Assembly (NCBI GenBank): GCA_963827475.1
Contig: CAWHAZ010000005.1
Span: 768,001-832,000, forward strand
From: an uncultured Chloroflexia bacterium
Lineage (GTDB): Bacteria; Chloroflexota; Limnocylindria; QHBO01
Direction: 5' to 3'
Length of the DNA: 64,000 bases
Shown here: positions 37,801-46,052 of the stretch, one piece after another
Numbering within the stretch: position 1 is the first letter of the stretch
Layout of the letters: the number at the start of each line of letters is the position of its first letter
Translations under genes and position numbers: made by a program
Notes under the pieces: generated by a model
The model's database searches: none
What the model saw: the letters and a program-made list of their open reading frames with translations, nothing else
What the model was told of the DNA's origin: nothing

Positions 37801-38334
37801 GACGTGGAGATGGACTGGCTCGACGCCCTGGATATCGGTCAGGAGGTCGATGTAGGTGCAGATCTGGAGCACCGCGCCGGCCTTCACATGGCGGGCCAGC
37901 TTGGTGTCGGCAACCTCGTAATGAAACGGGCCCCAGCGGCTCGGCCGCTCCAGCGCCTCGGCCCGCAACAGGAAGTCCGCGTGTCCTCGCCAGGTGCCGT
38001 CGAAGAACGTCGCCTGGTAGATGACGTCGGTCCCTGCCGCCATCGCCCGCTCGGTCTCGGCGGCCGCGGCACTGAGCCGGTCCCCCTGGTCCTCGATTGA
38101 CCCGTCGAGCGCGATCTTGACCACTGAGCGCCCTTCCGCCTCCAGGGTCTGGAGATAGCGCTCCTCGTGCTGTTCGCCGCGTCGGCGCAAGACGTCAAGC
38201 TCCGGATCGTCGAGGTGAGGCCGCTCGACGAGCCCAGCCAAGGCCGCCCGCTCGAGCTCGGTCAGGTGCTCGCACGCGAGGTAGCCCACCAGGTCGGTGG
38301 CAGAGTAGACGGGGCGGCCGTCGATCAGCTGCAC
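34831..38334 (-). CDS. TM0106 family RecB-like nuclease / SF1 helicase
   Basis: SATDL..YLAC.H, G.ADFL, YEVADTKLA, FFDMEGDP (RNase H-like), QGPPGSGKT, DEAGQ, TVDKFQGQE, RLNVATSRA. Confidence 0.93.
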   Translation of the reverse strand: MQLIDGRPVYSATDLVGYLACEHLTELERAALAGLVERPHLDDPELDVLRRRGEQHEERYLQTLEAEGRSVVKIALDGSIEDQGDRLSAAAAETERAMAAGTDVIYQATFFDGTWRGHADFLLRAEALERPSRWGPFHYEVADTKLARHVKAGAVLQICTYIDLLTDIQGVEPVHLHVVLGGSAGGLRTLRVADYMAYYRLARSRFDAAVGPAAQAATYPPAGTYPEPVDHCEVCRWRLVCNRRRRDDDHLSLVAGISRRQRQALEGRAVTTLAELAVLELPMAPPLTGPSRGAIERVRDQARVQFDGRQRGEMIYELVTDPAQPLEPGVGLAGLPPPSSGDLFFDMEGDPYADLDGLDYLFGVMDIDGAWHPIWSRDAGGEFTLDGEKRAFEAVVDLFMARLWTHPDAHIYHFAPYEPTALKRLMGRHATKENEVDRLLRGGALVDLYRVVRQGIRASVEGYGIKKLEPLYDFTRTVDLRDAGSSIVAFEEWLELGEGDRPGADHLARIEGYNRDDVVSTQRLRDWLEARREQLAQETGQTVPRPGPRDAEPSPGLNDRQMVVAAVANRLTTDVPEEGRTAEQQARWLLAQLLSWHRREKKSWWWLFFHLKDELTDEERVDASEPLSGLEYVGVVEETDKALVHRYRFPTQEYDLKVGSTVIDPNTWGIKDAFKDPGDIVALDEVGHTIDLRRTRRNAAPHPTALIPYEDYRTDAQEDSLLRLGESVAEHGLAEDSPRRAAVDLLLARPPRVDLVPGAPLRMPDEVDLDAARRLVMSLDRSTLAVQGPPGSGKTYSGARMALDLIRARKRIGVTANSHKVISNFLEKLAEAADEENMPVRIIQKPGKNDPGFVHPAAQSAKTNEDVRQALASGAADIAAGTTWLWAREDMIGSIDVLFVDEAGQMSLANVLAAAPSAESLVLLGDPQQLDQPLQGSHPPGADRSALAHLLGEAATIADDRGLFLERTWRLHPDLCDYTSEVFYESRLEPEPKLRVQTLHGHAPLTGTGPRMVAVDHAGNDNESPEEAAIVADLTRSLVDGGATWIDDAGVEQRIGWSDIVIVAAYNAQVGEIKKLLPDEARVGTVDKFQGQEAPISIYSMASSSAEDAPRGMSFLYSRHRLNVATSRARCVAVVVASPDLLRVRVRSPEEMRLANALARFAEMARD

Positions 38335-38528
38335 GGTCGCATTGTGCGTGACGGACGCGACAGCTCAGCGGTCGCAACCATCCCGACCGAACGCTCGCCG
38401 AAAGTCCCGGCCGCGTACTGCACCAGACCCCACTCCCCGGAAAAACGCGCCATGTCGACGGGACCTGCATGCCCCAGAGGTACTAGTTCGTCATGGCGCG
38501 CCGCGACCGGCCACCGGACACTTCCGCC

Positions 38529-39383
38529 ATGACATCAAAGACCTTCCGACCCGCCAGCGTGGTCGTCGCCCTCTTCGCCATCCTCGTGCTGGCTTCGCCC
38601 GTCCTGGCGGCCAAGGACAACGGATCCGGCGCCAATGGCAACGGGAATGGCAATGGGAACGGCAATGGCAACCAGGGGACGGTCAAGGTCGTCGATGCCG
38701 AGTCCGGCCAGGGGTCGGACAGCGACAACGACCCACACGTCTGCGCGTTCTACCTCGTCTTCGACGCGCCGGCCGACGAGAGCGGGACGTGGTCGGTCGT
38801 TGACTGGCCGCCAACCGGCAACGGGACCCTCGTCGTCTCGGGGAGCTACGCCGTGCCTGTCGCAGGGTCACACACGACCCAGACCTTCGAGATCACAGCC
38901 GGCCATTACCGCGTGAACTGGCAGGCGGTCAGCGAGCAGAACGAGAAGCACAAGACCTTCTGGGTGGACGACTGCACGTCGGAGGAGCCAGGCGACGAGC
39001 CGACCGATGAGCCGACCGACGAGCCGACCGATGAGCCGACCGACGAGCCGACCGATGAGCCCACCGACGAGCCGACCGATGAGCCCACGGACGAGCCGAC
39101 CGATGAGCCGACCGATGAGCCGGAGGGCGACGTTGATGAGTCAGTGGACGAAACGCAGCCTCCCACTGACGAACCCGATCCCAACGACGTTCAGCAGCCG
39201 GACGAGCCGACCCAACCCGAAACCGACCTGGAGCCGGCCAACGGCGGGAGCCCCGTCGTCGAGGAGCTGCCAGATTCCGCGATGACGCCGCCGGTGCTGC
39301 CGGGCGCCGCGGCCGCCTTCGCCATCATGCTGCTGCTGTTCGCGCACCGCGCCCTGTGGGACCGCGGTCGCTTCCGTCGGTGA
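38529..39383 (+). CDS. Secreted surface protein with GN and DEPT repeats and an LPDSA-TM-basic tail
   Basis: Signal peptide (VLA-AK), (NG)n, (DEPT)10, ELPDSA, hydrophobic helix, RGRFRR. Confidence 0.8.
   Translation: MTSKTFRPASVVVALFAILVLASPVLAAKDNGSGANGNGNGNGNGNGNQGTVKVVDAESGQGSDSDNDPHVCAFYLVFDAPADESGTWSVVDWPPTGNGTLVVSGSYAVPVAGSHTTQTFEITAGHYRVNWQAVSEQNEKHKTFWVDDCTSEEPGDEPTDEPTDEPTDEPTDEPTDEPTDEPTDEPTDEPTDEPTDEPEGDVDESVDETQPPTDEPDPNDVQQPDEPTQPETDLEPANGGSPVVEELPDSAMTPPVLPGAAAAFAIMLLLFAHRALWDRGRFRR
38994..39122 (+). repeat. Coding tandem repeat, 12-bp unit GAYGAGCCSACS x10.75
   Basis: Read directly; GAC/GAT alternation gives a 24-bp higher-order period. Confidence 0.95.
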
Positions 39384-39395
39384 GGCTGCCGGCGA

Positions 39396-39974
39396 TCAGT
39401 CGGCGCGGGTAAAGCTCGCGAGCCATGCGGCGGCCCCGTCCGGGCCGAGCAGGGTATCGAACCGAATGGATCGAATGTCGTCGACCGTCCATCCATCGGC
39501 AAAGGTCTCCCGCAGCTCTGCCTGGGTTACTCGCCGCGGACCCCAGCCGGGCGGCTCCGCCTCGGAGAAGCACATGACGTGGAGCCGGCTGCCGGGCTTA
39601 CCGAGGGCGCGCGCGCTGTCCGCGTAGCGGAGCCGATCTCCGTCGTTCAAGGTATGAAAGCAGCCCGAGTCGATGAGCGTGTCGAACGTCCTCCCGACGG
39701 CCTCGGGCTCAAGCGCATCGGCGGCGAGGAAGACCACGGGCAGGCGCCGGGCGTGGGACTTCATCATCGCCCGCTCGATCGCCACGGCCGAGATGTCGAT
39801 GCCCCAGACCTCGTGTCCGCGCTCAGCCAGATGGAGCGCGTTCTCACCGGTTCCACAGCCGACGTCGAGCACGCTGCCGACGATGGCGCCGGCGGTCTCC
39901 AACTCGACCACCTCTCGCTGGGGTCGACCGATCTCCCATGGTGGTTGCCCGCGGTACGCGTCGTCCCACGTCAC
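39396..39974 (-). CDS. Class I SAM-dependent methyltransferase
   Basis: PPWEIGRPQ, VLDVGCGTGE, DSGCFH. Confidence 0.9.
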   Translation of the reverse strand: MTWDDAYRGQPPWEIGRPQREVVELETAGAIVGSVLDVGCGTGENALHLAERGHEVWGIDISAVAIERAMMKSHARRLPVVFLAADALEPEAVGRTFDTLIDSGCFHTLNDGDRLRYADSARALGKPGSRLHVMCFSEAEPPGWGPRRVTQAELRETFADGWTVDDIRSIRFDTLLGPDGAAAWLASFTRAD

Positions 39975-40067
39975 GAGCCCAGTCTAGGTCGCGTGGCCGG
40001 GCGACTGCGACGCGGCGACGGACATGCCATTCTTAGGAGGCCCACGAGCGCACAGGAGATTGACCGC

Positions 40068-40721
40068 ATGGACCTCATCGATCGTATCGACGCCCTCATC
40101 AAGGATCGCCACCTGCTGACCCACCCGTTCTACGTTCGCTGGCGGGACGGCACGCTGCCGGTCGAGGCCATCCAGGAGTACACACGCCAGTACTACGCGT
40201 TCGAATCGGCCTTCCCGCGGCTCCTGTCGGCAATCCATACCCGAACCGATGACCCGGTCGTCCGCCAGTCCATCCTCACCAATCTCTGGGACGAGGAGCA
40301 CGGCGAAGTCAATCACGCCGAGCTGTGGCTCCGCTTCGCGGAAGGCATGGGTGTTGCTCGTGACGAGGTCACCGATACAGAGCCGAACGACGGGACAAAG
40401 GCCCTGATGGCGGCTTATTGGGGCATGGCGACCGATGGGGCTCCGGCGGCTGGGATCGCGGCGATGTACGCCTACGAGGCCCAGGTGCCGGACGTGGCGA
40501 CCGAGAAGATCAACGGCCTCCGCGACCGATACGGCATCGAGGACGCCCGAACCCTTGCGTTCTTCACCGTCCACTCCACGCTCGACCTCGAACATTCGGC
40601 GCATGAGCGCGAGGCCATCGCGCGCACGACCGTCGACGAGGCGGATGCCGATGCGGCCCTGGACGCGACCTCTCGAGCGCTTGACGCCTGGTGGGGCTTC
40701 CTCGACGCGGTGAACGTCTGA
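40068..40721 (+). CDS. CADD/PqqC-like heme-oxygenase-like diiron protein
   Basis: LLTHPFY..W..G.L, NLWDEE.G..NHAELW..F, YAYE.Q, FF.VH..LD.EH. Confidence 0.88.
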   Translation: MDLIDRIDALIKDRHLLTHPFYVRWRDGTLPVEAIQEYTRQYYAFESAFPRLLSAIHTRTDDPVVRQSILTNLWDEEHGEVNHAELWLRFAEGMGVARDEVTDTEPNDGTKALMAAYWGMATDGAPAAGIAAMYAYEAQVPDVATEKINGLRDRYGIEDARTLAFFTVHSTLDLEHSAHEREAIARTTVDEADADAALDATSRALDAWWGFLDAVNV

Positions 40722-41155
40722 CCGATCCCGACCCGCCTTCTCTGCCGAAGGCGGAGTTTGGCTTCGCCGGCACGGAGCTTCGACGACAGCTGGTCGACGC
40801 CATCCTGCGCGGCGAAAAGACGGCCGGCACCGGGCTCCTGGCCGACTACCAGCGCGACGGCGACGAGCCGGGCTCCCCGGGCGAGCGGCAGCTCCTGGTC
40901 GACTTCGATGACCGCCCGGTCGCGATCATCGAGATCACGGACGTCACGATCCGCCGCATGGCGGACGTCGACCTCGAATTCGCCATTGCCGAGGGGGAAG
41001 GGTTCGCGTCCGTCGCCGACTGGCGTGCGGCTCATGAACGGTTCTTCGGGAGCTATATCGAGGAGATCCGGTCCGGCGTTGGCGATCCCGAGTGGCAGCT
41101 GACCGATGACACCCTGGTGACCTGCGAGCGATTCCAGGTGGTGCAGCGCCTCTAG
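40718..41155 (+). CDS. ASCH domain protein
   Basis: AEFGF...LR..LV.AIL.GEKTA, EGEG..S...WR..H..FF; CTGA overlap. Confidence 0.88.
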   Translation: MTDPDPPSLPKAEFGFAGTELRRQLVDAILRGEKTAGTGLLADYQRDGDEPGSPGERQLLVDFDDRPVAIIEITDVTIRRMADVDLEFAIAEGEGFASVADWRAAHERFFGSYIEEIRSGVGDPEWQLTDDTLVTCERFQVVQRL

Positions 41156-41272
41156 GGAGGCGAGCGACCTCCTGCGAAGCGGTGCACCGCGGCAACAAGT
41201 TCTCTGCCGTCCAACTGACACGATCGGTCAGGGGGCGTAGACTCAGGCTGGAGAACCATCGGAGGGACGCAC

Positions 41273-42268
41273 GTGGCCGCAACTCGGCGGCGCTCGCTGC
41301 AGATTTCGGTAAGCCTCATCGCCACCATGTCTCTGGTGCTGGGAGGGGTCGCGCCGGTCGGGGCTGCGTCCGTGATGTCCGTGAACATCCAGTCGTCGCC
41401 GACGCTCGTGACTCGTGGCGGGCCGGTCTCGTACGTGGTCTCGGTGCAGAACACCGGGAACAACTCCATCAACCACGCGACCCTCGAGGCCGATACCCCG
41501 AGCGGGTTCACCTATCGACGGGCGATCACCAGCAAGGGCAGCTGCAACGCGGCCCCCGCCGCTGATCCACTCTGCGACCTTGGACAGTTCAGCGCAGGCA
41601 CTCCGGCCCTGGTGGTGCTGGTCTTCGACACGTCCCCGAATGCACCGCTCGGGAGCTTCGATTTCGTGGTGACGGTCCGGGGCGGCGAAGGCGGAAACGA
41701 CCAGCCGCACTCCTCGCACACCGACACCTTCACCGATGAGACCGAGACCATCGTTCTCGCGGTGAACCAGGACTTCACGACCCACTACATCGTTCCCGAG
41801 GGCGACGACATCACGACCGGCGGACTGCTCGGGGCGACGGCCCTGTCGTCGACGAACCCTCAGGGCACGCAGGCCCTGGTCCCGAACACGCCATTCGGCG
41901 TTCCGGCCGCGGTAGGTGAGGCCGGAGGTCCGGCCGACAACTGCCCGCCGGCATTCCTGGACAGGTGCTTCGGTCAGTCCTCGACCGTGTCGGTCGGCAA
42001 CGGGATCGTTCTCTCGCCGCACCTGATCGTCCAGGTCCGCTTCGACTCCACCGTGGTTCGCCGGCTGAACGAGCGGAAGCTGGTCATCATCCACTGGTTC
42101 GATCCGGTCCCGACCGCCGGCTTCGAGGAGATCACCCGGATCTGCTCCGACGCGACTCCGGCCAGTTCCGAGCTGCCGTGCCGGCTACCGGTTCAGGTGA
42201 TGCCTGACAAGGATTGGCTGGTCACGATCTTCATGACCAGCAACGGGGTCATCAAGGGGCGCGGCTGA
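41273..42268 (+). CDS. Secreted DUF11/Ig-like domain protein
   Basis: Signal peptide, G..VSYVVSVQNTG, paired Cys; GGAGG RBS. Confidence 0.7.
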   Translation: MAATRRRSLQISVSLIATMSLVLGGVAPVGAASVMSVNIQSSPTLVTRGGPVSYVVSVQNTGNNSINHATLEADTPSGFTYRRAITSKGSCNAAPAADPLCDLGQFSAGTPALVVLVFDTSPNAPLGSFDFVVTVRGGEGGNDQPHSSHTDTFTDETETIVLAVNQDFTTHYIVPEGDDITTGGLLGATALSSTNPQGTQALVPNTPFGVPAAVGEAGGPADNCPPAFLDRCFGQSSTVSVGNGIVLSPHLIVQVRFDSTVVRRLNERKLVIIHWFDPVPTAGFEEITRICSDATPASSELPCRLPVQVMPDKDWLVTIFMTSNGVIKGRG

Positions 42269-45200
42269 GTTCGGTCAGTCGCGCGGCTGACGCCACATCT
42301 CCTTTCGCTCCGTAGATAGCCAGGGCCTCGCTGCGGGCCTCGGCCGCGGTGAGAGCCTCTCCGGCTGCCGTCAGCGCCTCGGCCAGGTCGGAGAGGGCGA
42401 GCGCGGTGACCATCGGCATCTCCGCGTCGCGCGCGAGGCGGACGGCTTCCTGGGCCAGCTCGACCGCCCCGTCGGCGTCGCCGTTCGCCACCAGGATGGC
42501 CGACCGGAGACCGCGCCAGCGTGATTGCGCATCGAGGTCGTCGCTGGCCGCCAGCGACTCGGCCCGCCCGGCCTCCGCCGCCGCCTCCTCGTACCGGCGC
42601 TGTTCCACCAGGGCCCGGCCCAGCATGCTGGACACGCTTGCCAGGTAGAAGGTGTCACCGACGCCGGTGAGGACGTCCGCTGCCTCCCGCAGGACCTGTT
42701 CGGCGGTCGCCGGCTGTCCCGCGCGGAGCTCGACCTCAGCGGCGTCCAGGGCCAGCTGCGCGGCGAGCACCGGCTGGCCCAGCTCGTGTGCAGTCCCTCG
42801 AGCGCCCTCGTACAGCTCCCTTGCCGACTCGAATTGTCCGCACATGGCCTGCAGCTGGGCGGTCGCGGCCTTCACGACCACCCCCGTCGCCCGGTCCGTG
42901 CCCACGTCGATCAGCAACGTCTCGAGCCGCCCCGCAGCCACATCCGCTGCCGTCGGGCCGTAGGTCAGCGCGATGGCGAGGTTGGAGATGCCGCGGAGCC
43001 GCTGCCGCTCGTCTCCTGCCTTGCCCGCGAGCGCGATGACTCGCTCCGCATCCGCCGCCGCCTCGGCAAAGCGTCCCGCGGTCCCGTGCGCCACGTAGCG
43101 AATGCGCCACCCGAGCGATGCGCCGGCGAGGTCGTCGGTGGCGTCGAAGGTGGCGAGGGCGCGATCGGCCTCGGACAACGCCCGGGTCGCCCAGTTCGGC
43201 CCGGGAGACGAGGCGAGCTCCAGGCGGATGCGGAGCAGACGGGCCTTGGCCGCCGAGCCGGGGTCCTCGGCCGCGTCCGCGGCGGACTCGATCGCCTCGA
43301 GGAGCGCGCCAGACTCCGCATATGCCCCGGTCTCATCGAGCGCCTCGGCGAGGAGCAGCTCCGCGCCACGGGCATCCGCTGAATCCGGCGCCAGGGCCAC
43401 CGCCCGCCGCAGGAGGTTGATGGCGGCGTGCCAGTCCTCGCGCGCGAACGCAAGCCGGCCGGCCGCTCCCAGGAGTCCTGCCGCGCGGTGGCCCAGCGCG
43501 CGACCACGGTCGTCGAGCGGGCCGAGGCCCAGGAGGTTGAGGTGCGCCTGCTCGAGGTGATAGGCGATGACCTCTTCCACCTCGCCCAGGCGATCGGACT
43601 CGTGCGCGGCCAGCCAGTCCGCGTAGCGCTCGTGCAGCGTGGCCCGTGCCCGCTTGAGGATCGCCTGGTAGGCGGTGTCCCGGATGAGCTGGTGGTTGAA
43701 CCGATACCCGACGATCACCGATCCGGTCGGACGGAGGAGCTGCTTGTCCGTCAGGTCGGAGAGGAGCGACTCCACCTGTTCGCGAAGCGGGTCCGGCGCC
43801 AGATCGGTCACGGCCGGCGTCGGAAACTCGACACCGATGACCGCCGCCGGCTCCGCGACGGATCGCTCCTCACGCCGCAGTCGATCCAGGCGGGCCGCAA
43901 GCAGGGCATGAATGGTGGGCGGGATGGCGAAATCCCGAGCGTCGCCACTGACCTGCCACGACCCATTCGTGGCGTGGATCGTGCCGTCGTCGACCAGCAT
44001 CGACAGCATCTGCTCCACGAAGAGGGGATTGCCGCCCGACGCCCGAGCGATCCGATCGCGAATCGAGGCCGGCAAGCCGGCCGCGCCCAGGAGGTTGGCG
44101 GCCACCGCGGCAACCTGCGCCTCGGAGAGCCCTTCGAGGGACACGCGAACGCTGCACGCTGCCTGGCCCCAGGTGGGCCGCGTCTCGAGCAGATCGTGGC
44201 GGGCGGTGGCCAGGACGAGGACCGGAGCCTCCGCGAGGTTCTCCGTCAGGTGCTCGAGGAGATCCAGGAACGTCGGCTCGGCCCAGTGGATGTCCTCGAT
44301 CACGACCACCACCGGACGCTCGTGGGCGAGCACCTCGAGGAAGCGTCGCGAACCCCAGAACAGCTCGGTCAGCGGGAACTGGGCCGTCGACAGGCCGATG
44401 GCGGAGGCCAGTCGCTCGACGATCTCGGGATCGCCGGCCAGCGCCTGGAGCTTGTCCAGCGCCAGCTGGGCGGGCGTGTCGATGCCGATCCCGGCCGCGT
44501 CACGCACGACCTCGCCGAGCGGCCAGAAGGTGATCCCATCCCCGTAGGACAGGGCTCGGCCGCGGAAGACGCGAGCCTCGTCGCCGAGCGAGGTGAGGAA
44601 CTCCCGGATCAGGCGCGACTTGCCGACGCCCGCGTCGCCGAGGAGGGTGACCGCGTGGCATCGTCGCCCGTCGACCGCGCGCTGATAGGCGGCGCGCAGC
44701 TCCTCCAACTCGGCGTCGCGGCCCACGAGGGGCGTGTCGACTCGTCGCGCGACCCCCTCGTCCGTGCCATGCACCGCCAGCAGGCGGTAGGCGGCCACCG
44801 GCTCGGCCTTGCCCTTGAGGTCGAGCGGGTCCATCTGTTCGACCTCGACCGCATCACGAACGAGCCGGTACGTGCTGCCGCCAATGACGACCTCCATCGC
44901 CGGAGCGGCCTGCTCCAGCCGAGCGGCGACGTTCGCGGTGTCCCCGGTGACGACCTGCTGCCCCGTGACCGATTCGCCGGCCACGATCTCGCCGGTGTTC
45001 ACGCCGATGCGGGCTTCGATCGCCGTGCCGAAGGTGCGCTGCAGCTCCTCGTTGAGGTGCCCGAGGGCAATCTGCATCTCGTGCGCGGCTCGGACGGCAC
45101 GGAGCGCATCATCCTCGTGGACCCTCGGCAGCCCGAAGACGGCCACGATCGCATCGCCGATGAACTTCTGGATGGACCCGCCGTGCCGCCGGAGGATGGC

Positions 45201-45452
45201 GGTCATGACCTCGAAATACCGGTTCAGCAGGCCGGACATCGCCTCGGGGTCGATGCGCTCCCCGAGGCTGGTGGAGCCGACGAGATCGGAGAAGACGATC
45301 GTCACAATCTTCCGCTCCTCCGGCGACGGGAGGACCGGCTCCGGAGGGACCAGCGACGACCCGCAGTAGCCGCACAGCCGAAAACCCTGAGGGTTCTCCG
45401 AACCGCAGCTGGGGCAGACCTGCATGCCGGCCGCCACGGAGTCGTCCGTCAT
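42252..45452 (-). CDS. Class III adenylate/guanylate cyclase with double zinc ribbon, AAA ATPase and TPR domains
   Basis: CPSCG..N..CGYCG, ERKIVTIVFSDLVGST, KFIGDA, GDTANVAARL, GDAGVGKSRL, GNPLF. Confidence 0.93.
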   Translation of the reverse strand: MTDDSVAAGMQVCPSCGSENPQGFRLCGYCGSSLVPPEPVLPSPEERKIVTIVFSDLVGSTSLGERIDPEAMSGLLNRYFEVMTAILRRHGGSIQKFIGDAIVAVFGLPRVHEDDALRAVRAAHEMQIALGHLNEELQRTFGTAIEARIGVNTGEIVAGESVTGQQVVTGDTANVAARLEQAAPAMEVVIGGSTYRLVRDAVEVEQMDPLDLKGKAEPVAAYRLLAVHGTDEGVARRVDTPLVGRDAELEELRAAYQRAVDGRRCHAVTLLGDAGVGKSRLIREFLTSLGDEARVFRGRALSYGDGITFWPLGEVVRDAAGIGIDTPAQLALDKLQALAGDPEIVERLASAIGLSTAQFPLTELFWGSRRFLEVLAHERPVVVVIEDIHWAEPTFLDLLEHLTENLAEAPVLVLATARHDLLETRPTWGQAACSVRVSLEGLSEAQVAAVAANLLGAAGLPASIRDRIARASGGNPLFVEQMLSMLVDDGTIHATNGSWQVSGDARDFAIPPTIHALLAARLDRLRREERSVAEPAAVIGVEFPTPAVTDLAPDPLREQVESLLSDLTDKQLLRPTGSVIVGYRFNHQLIRDTAYQAILKRARATLHERYADWLAAHESDRLGEVEEVIAYHLEQAHLNLLGLGPLDDRGRALGHRAAGLLGAAGRLAFAREDWHAAINLLRRAVALAPDSADARGAELLLAEALDETGAYAESGALLEAIESAADAAEDPGSAAKARLLRIRLELASSPGPNWATRALSEADRALATFDATDDLAGASLGWRIRYVAHGTAGRFAEAAADAERVIALAGKAGDERQRLRGISNLAIALTYGPTAADVAAGRLETLLIDVGTDRATGVVVKAATAQLQAMCGQFESARELYEGARGTAHELGQPVLAAQLALDAAEVELRAGQPATAEQVLREAADVLTGVGDTFYLASVSSMLGRALVEQRRYEEAAAEAGRAESLAASDDLDAQSRWRGLRSAILVANGDADGAVELAQEAVRLARDAEMPMVTALALSDLAEALTAAGEALTAAEARSEALAIYGAKGDVASAARLTELSRAP

Positions 45453-45976
45453 GGCCGGCGGATCAGGGACAGCCAGTCTGCGATCCGGCCGAGCGCATCG
45501 TCTCGGACGCGGTCGAGGCCATGGCCCAGGCCGGGGTAGGTCACGAGCGTTGCCGACGGGAGTCGCGGGACGGCGTCCCGCAGCAGCTCGATGCGCGCGA
45601 ACGGGTCCGACTCGCCACTCAACAGCAGGACCGGGCACGAGATGCGGGGCCAGTGCGCCGTTCGTTCGTCGACTCCCTCCGGATGCCCCGGGCGGTGGAG
45701 CGGGTAGCAGAGCAGGACCAGGCCGGCATATCGGCCCTCGGCCGCGATGAGGCTCGCCACGCGGCCACCGAACGACCGTCCGCCGATCACGGTGACGTTG
45801 CCGGGCGGAGCGGCTTCGCGGTACACCGGCAGGGCGCGTTCGGCGGACCCCTTGGGGAGGGGGACGAAGCGCGACTCGAAACCTCGCTCGGCCAGCGCGG
45901 CGATCCACGGCCGCATGGAGTCTTCCCCTCCGCTGGCCCCCGCCGCGAGGTGGACGCGAAGGCTCTCACCCCTCAT
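45449..45976 (-). CDS. Alpha/beta hydrolase (KANL3/Tex30-like)
   Basis: GGRSFGGRVAS, YPLH.PG, GESDPF, GHGL. Confidence 0.85.
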   Translation of the reverse strand: MRGESLRVHLAAGASGGEDSMRPWIAALAERGFESRFVPLPKGSAERALPVYREAAPPGNVTVIGGRSFGGRVASLIAAEGRYAGLVLLCYPLHRPGHPEGVDERTAHWPRISCPVLLLSGESDPFARIELLRDAVPRLPSATLVTYPGLGHGLDRVRDDALGRIADWLSLIRRP

Positions 45977-46052
45977 GCGCCCGATTGTGCGCGCGCGACC
46001 GACCGGGCGTCGACACCCGGTCGTCCCGGACTGACGCTACCCTGACCTGGCC

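Noticed and set aside
38994-39122. Possible CRISPR array or iterons
   Set aside because: Contiguous 12-bp units without spacers, in frame, varying only at synonymous positions; no cas or rep genes.
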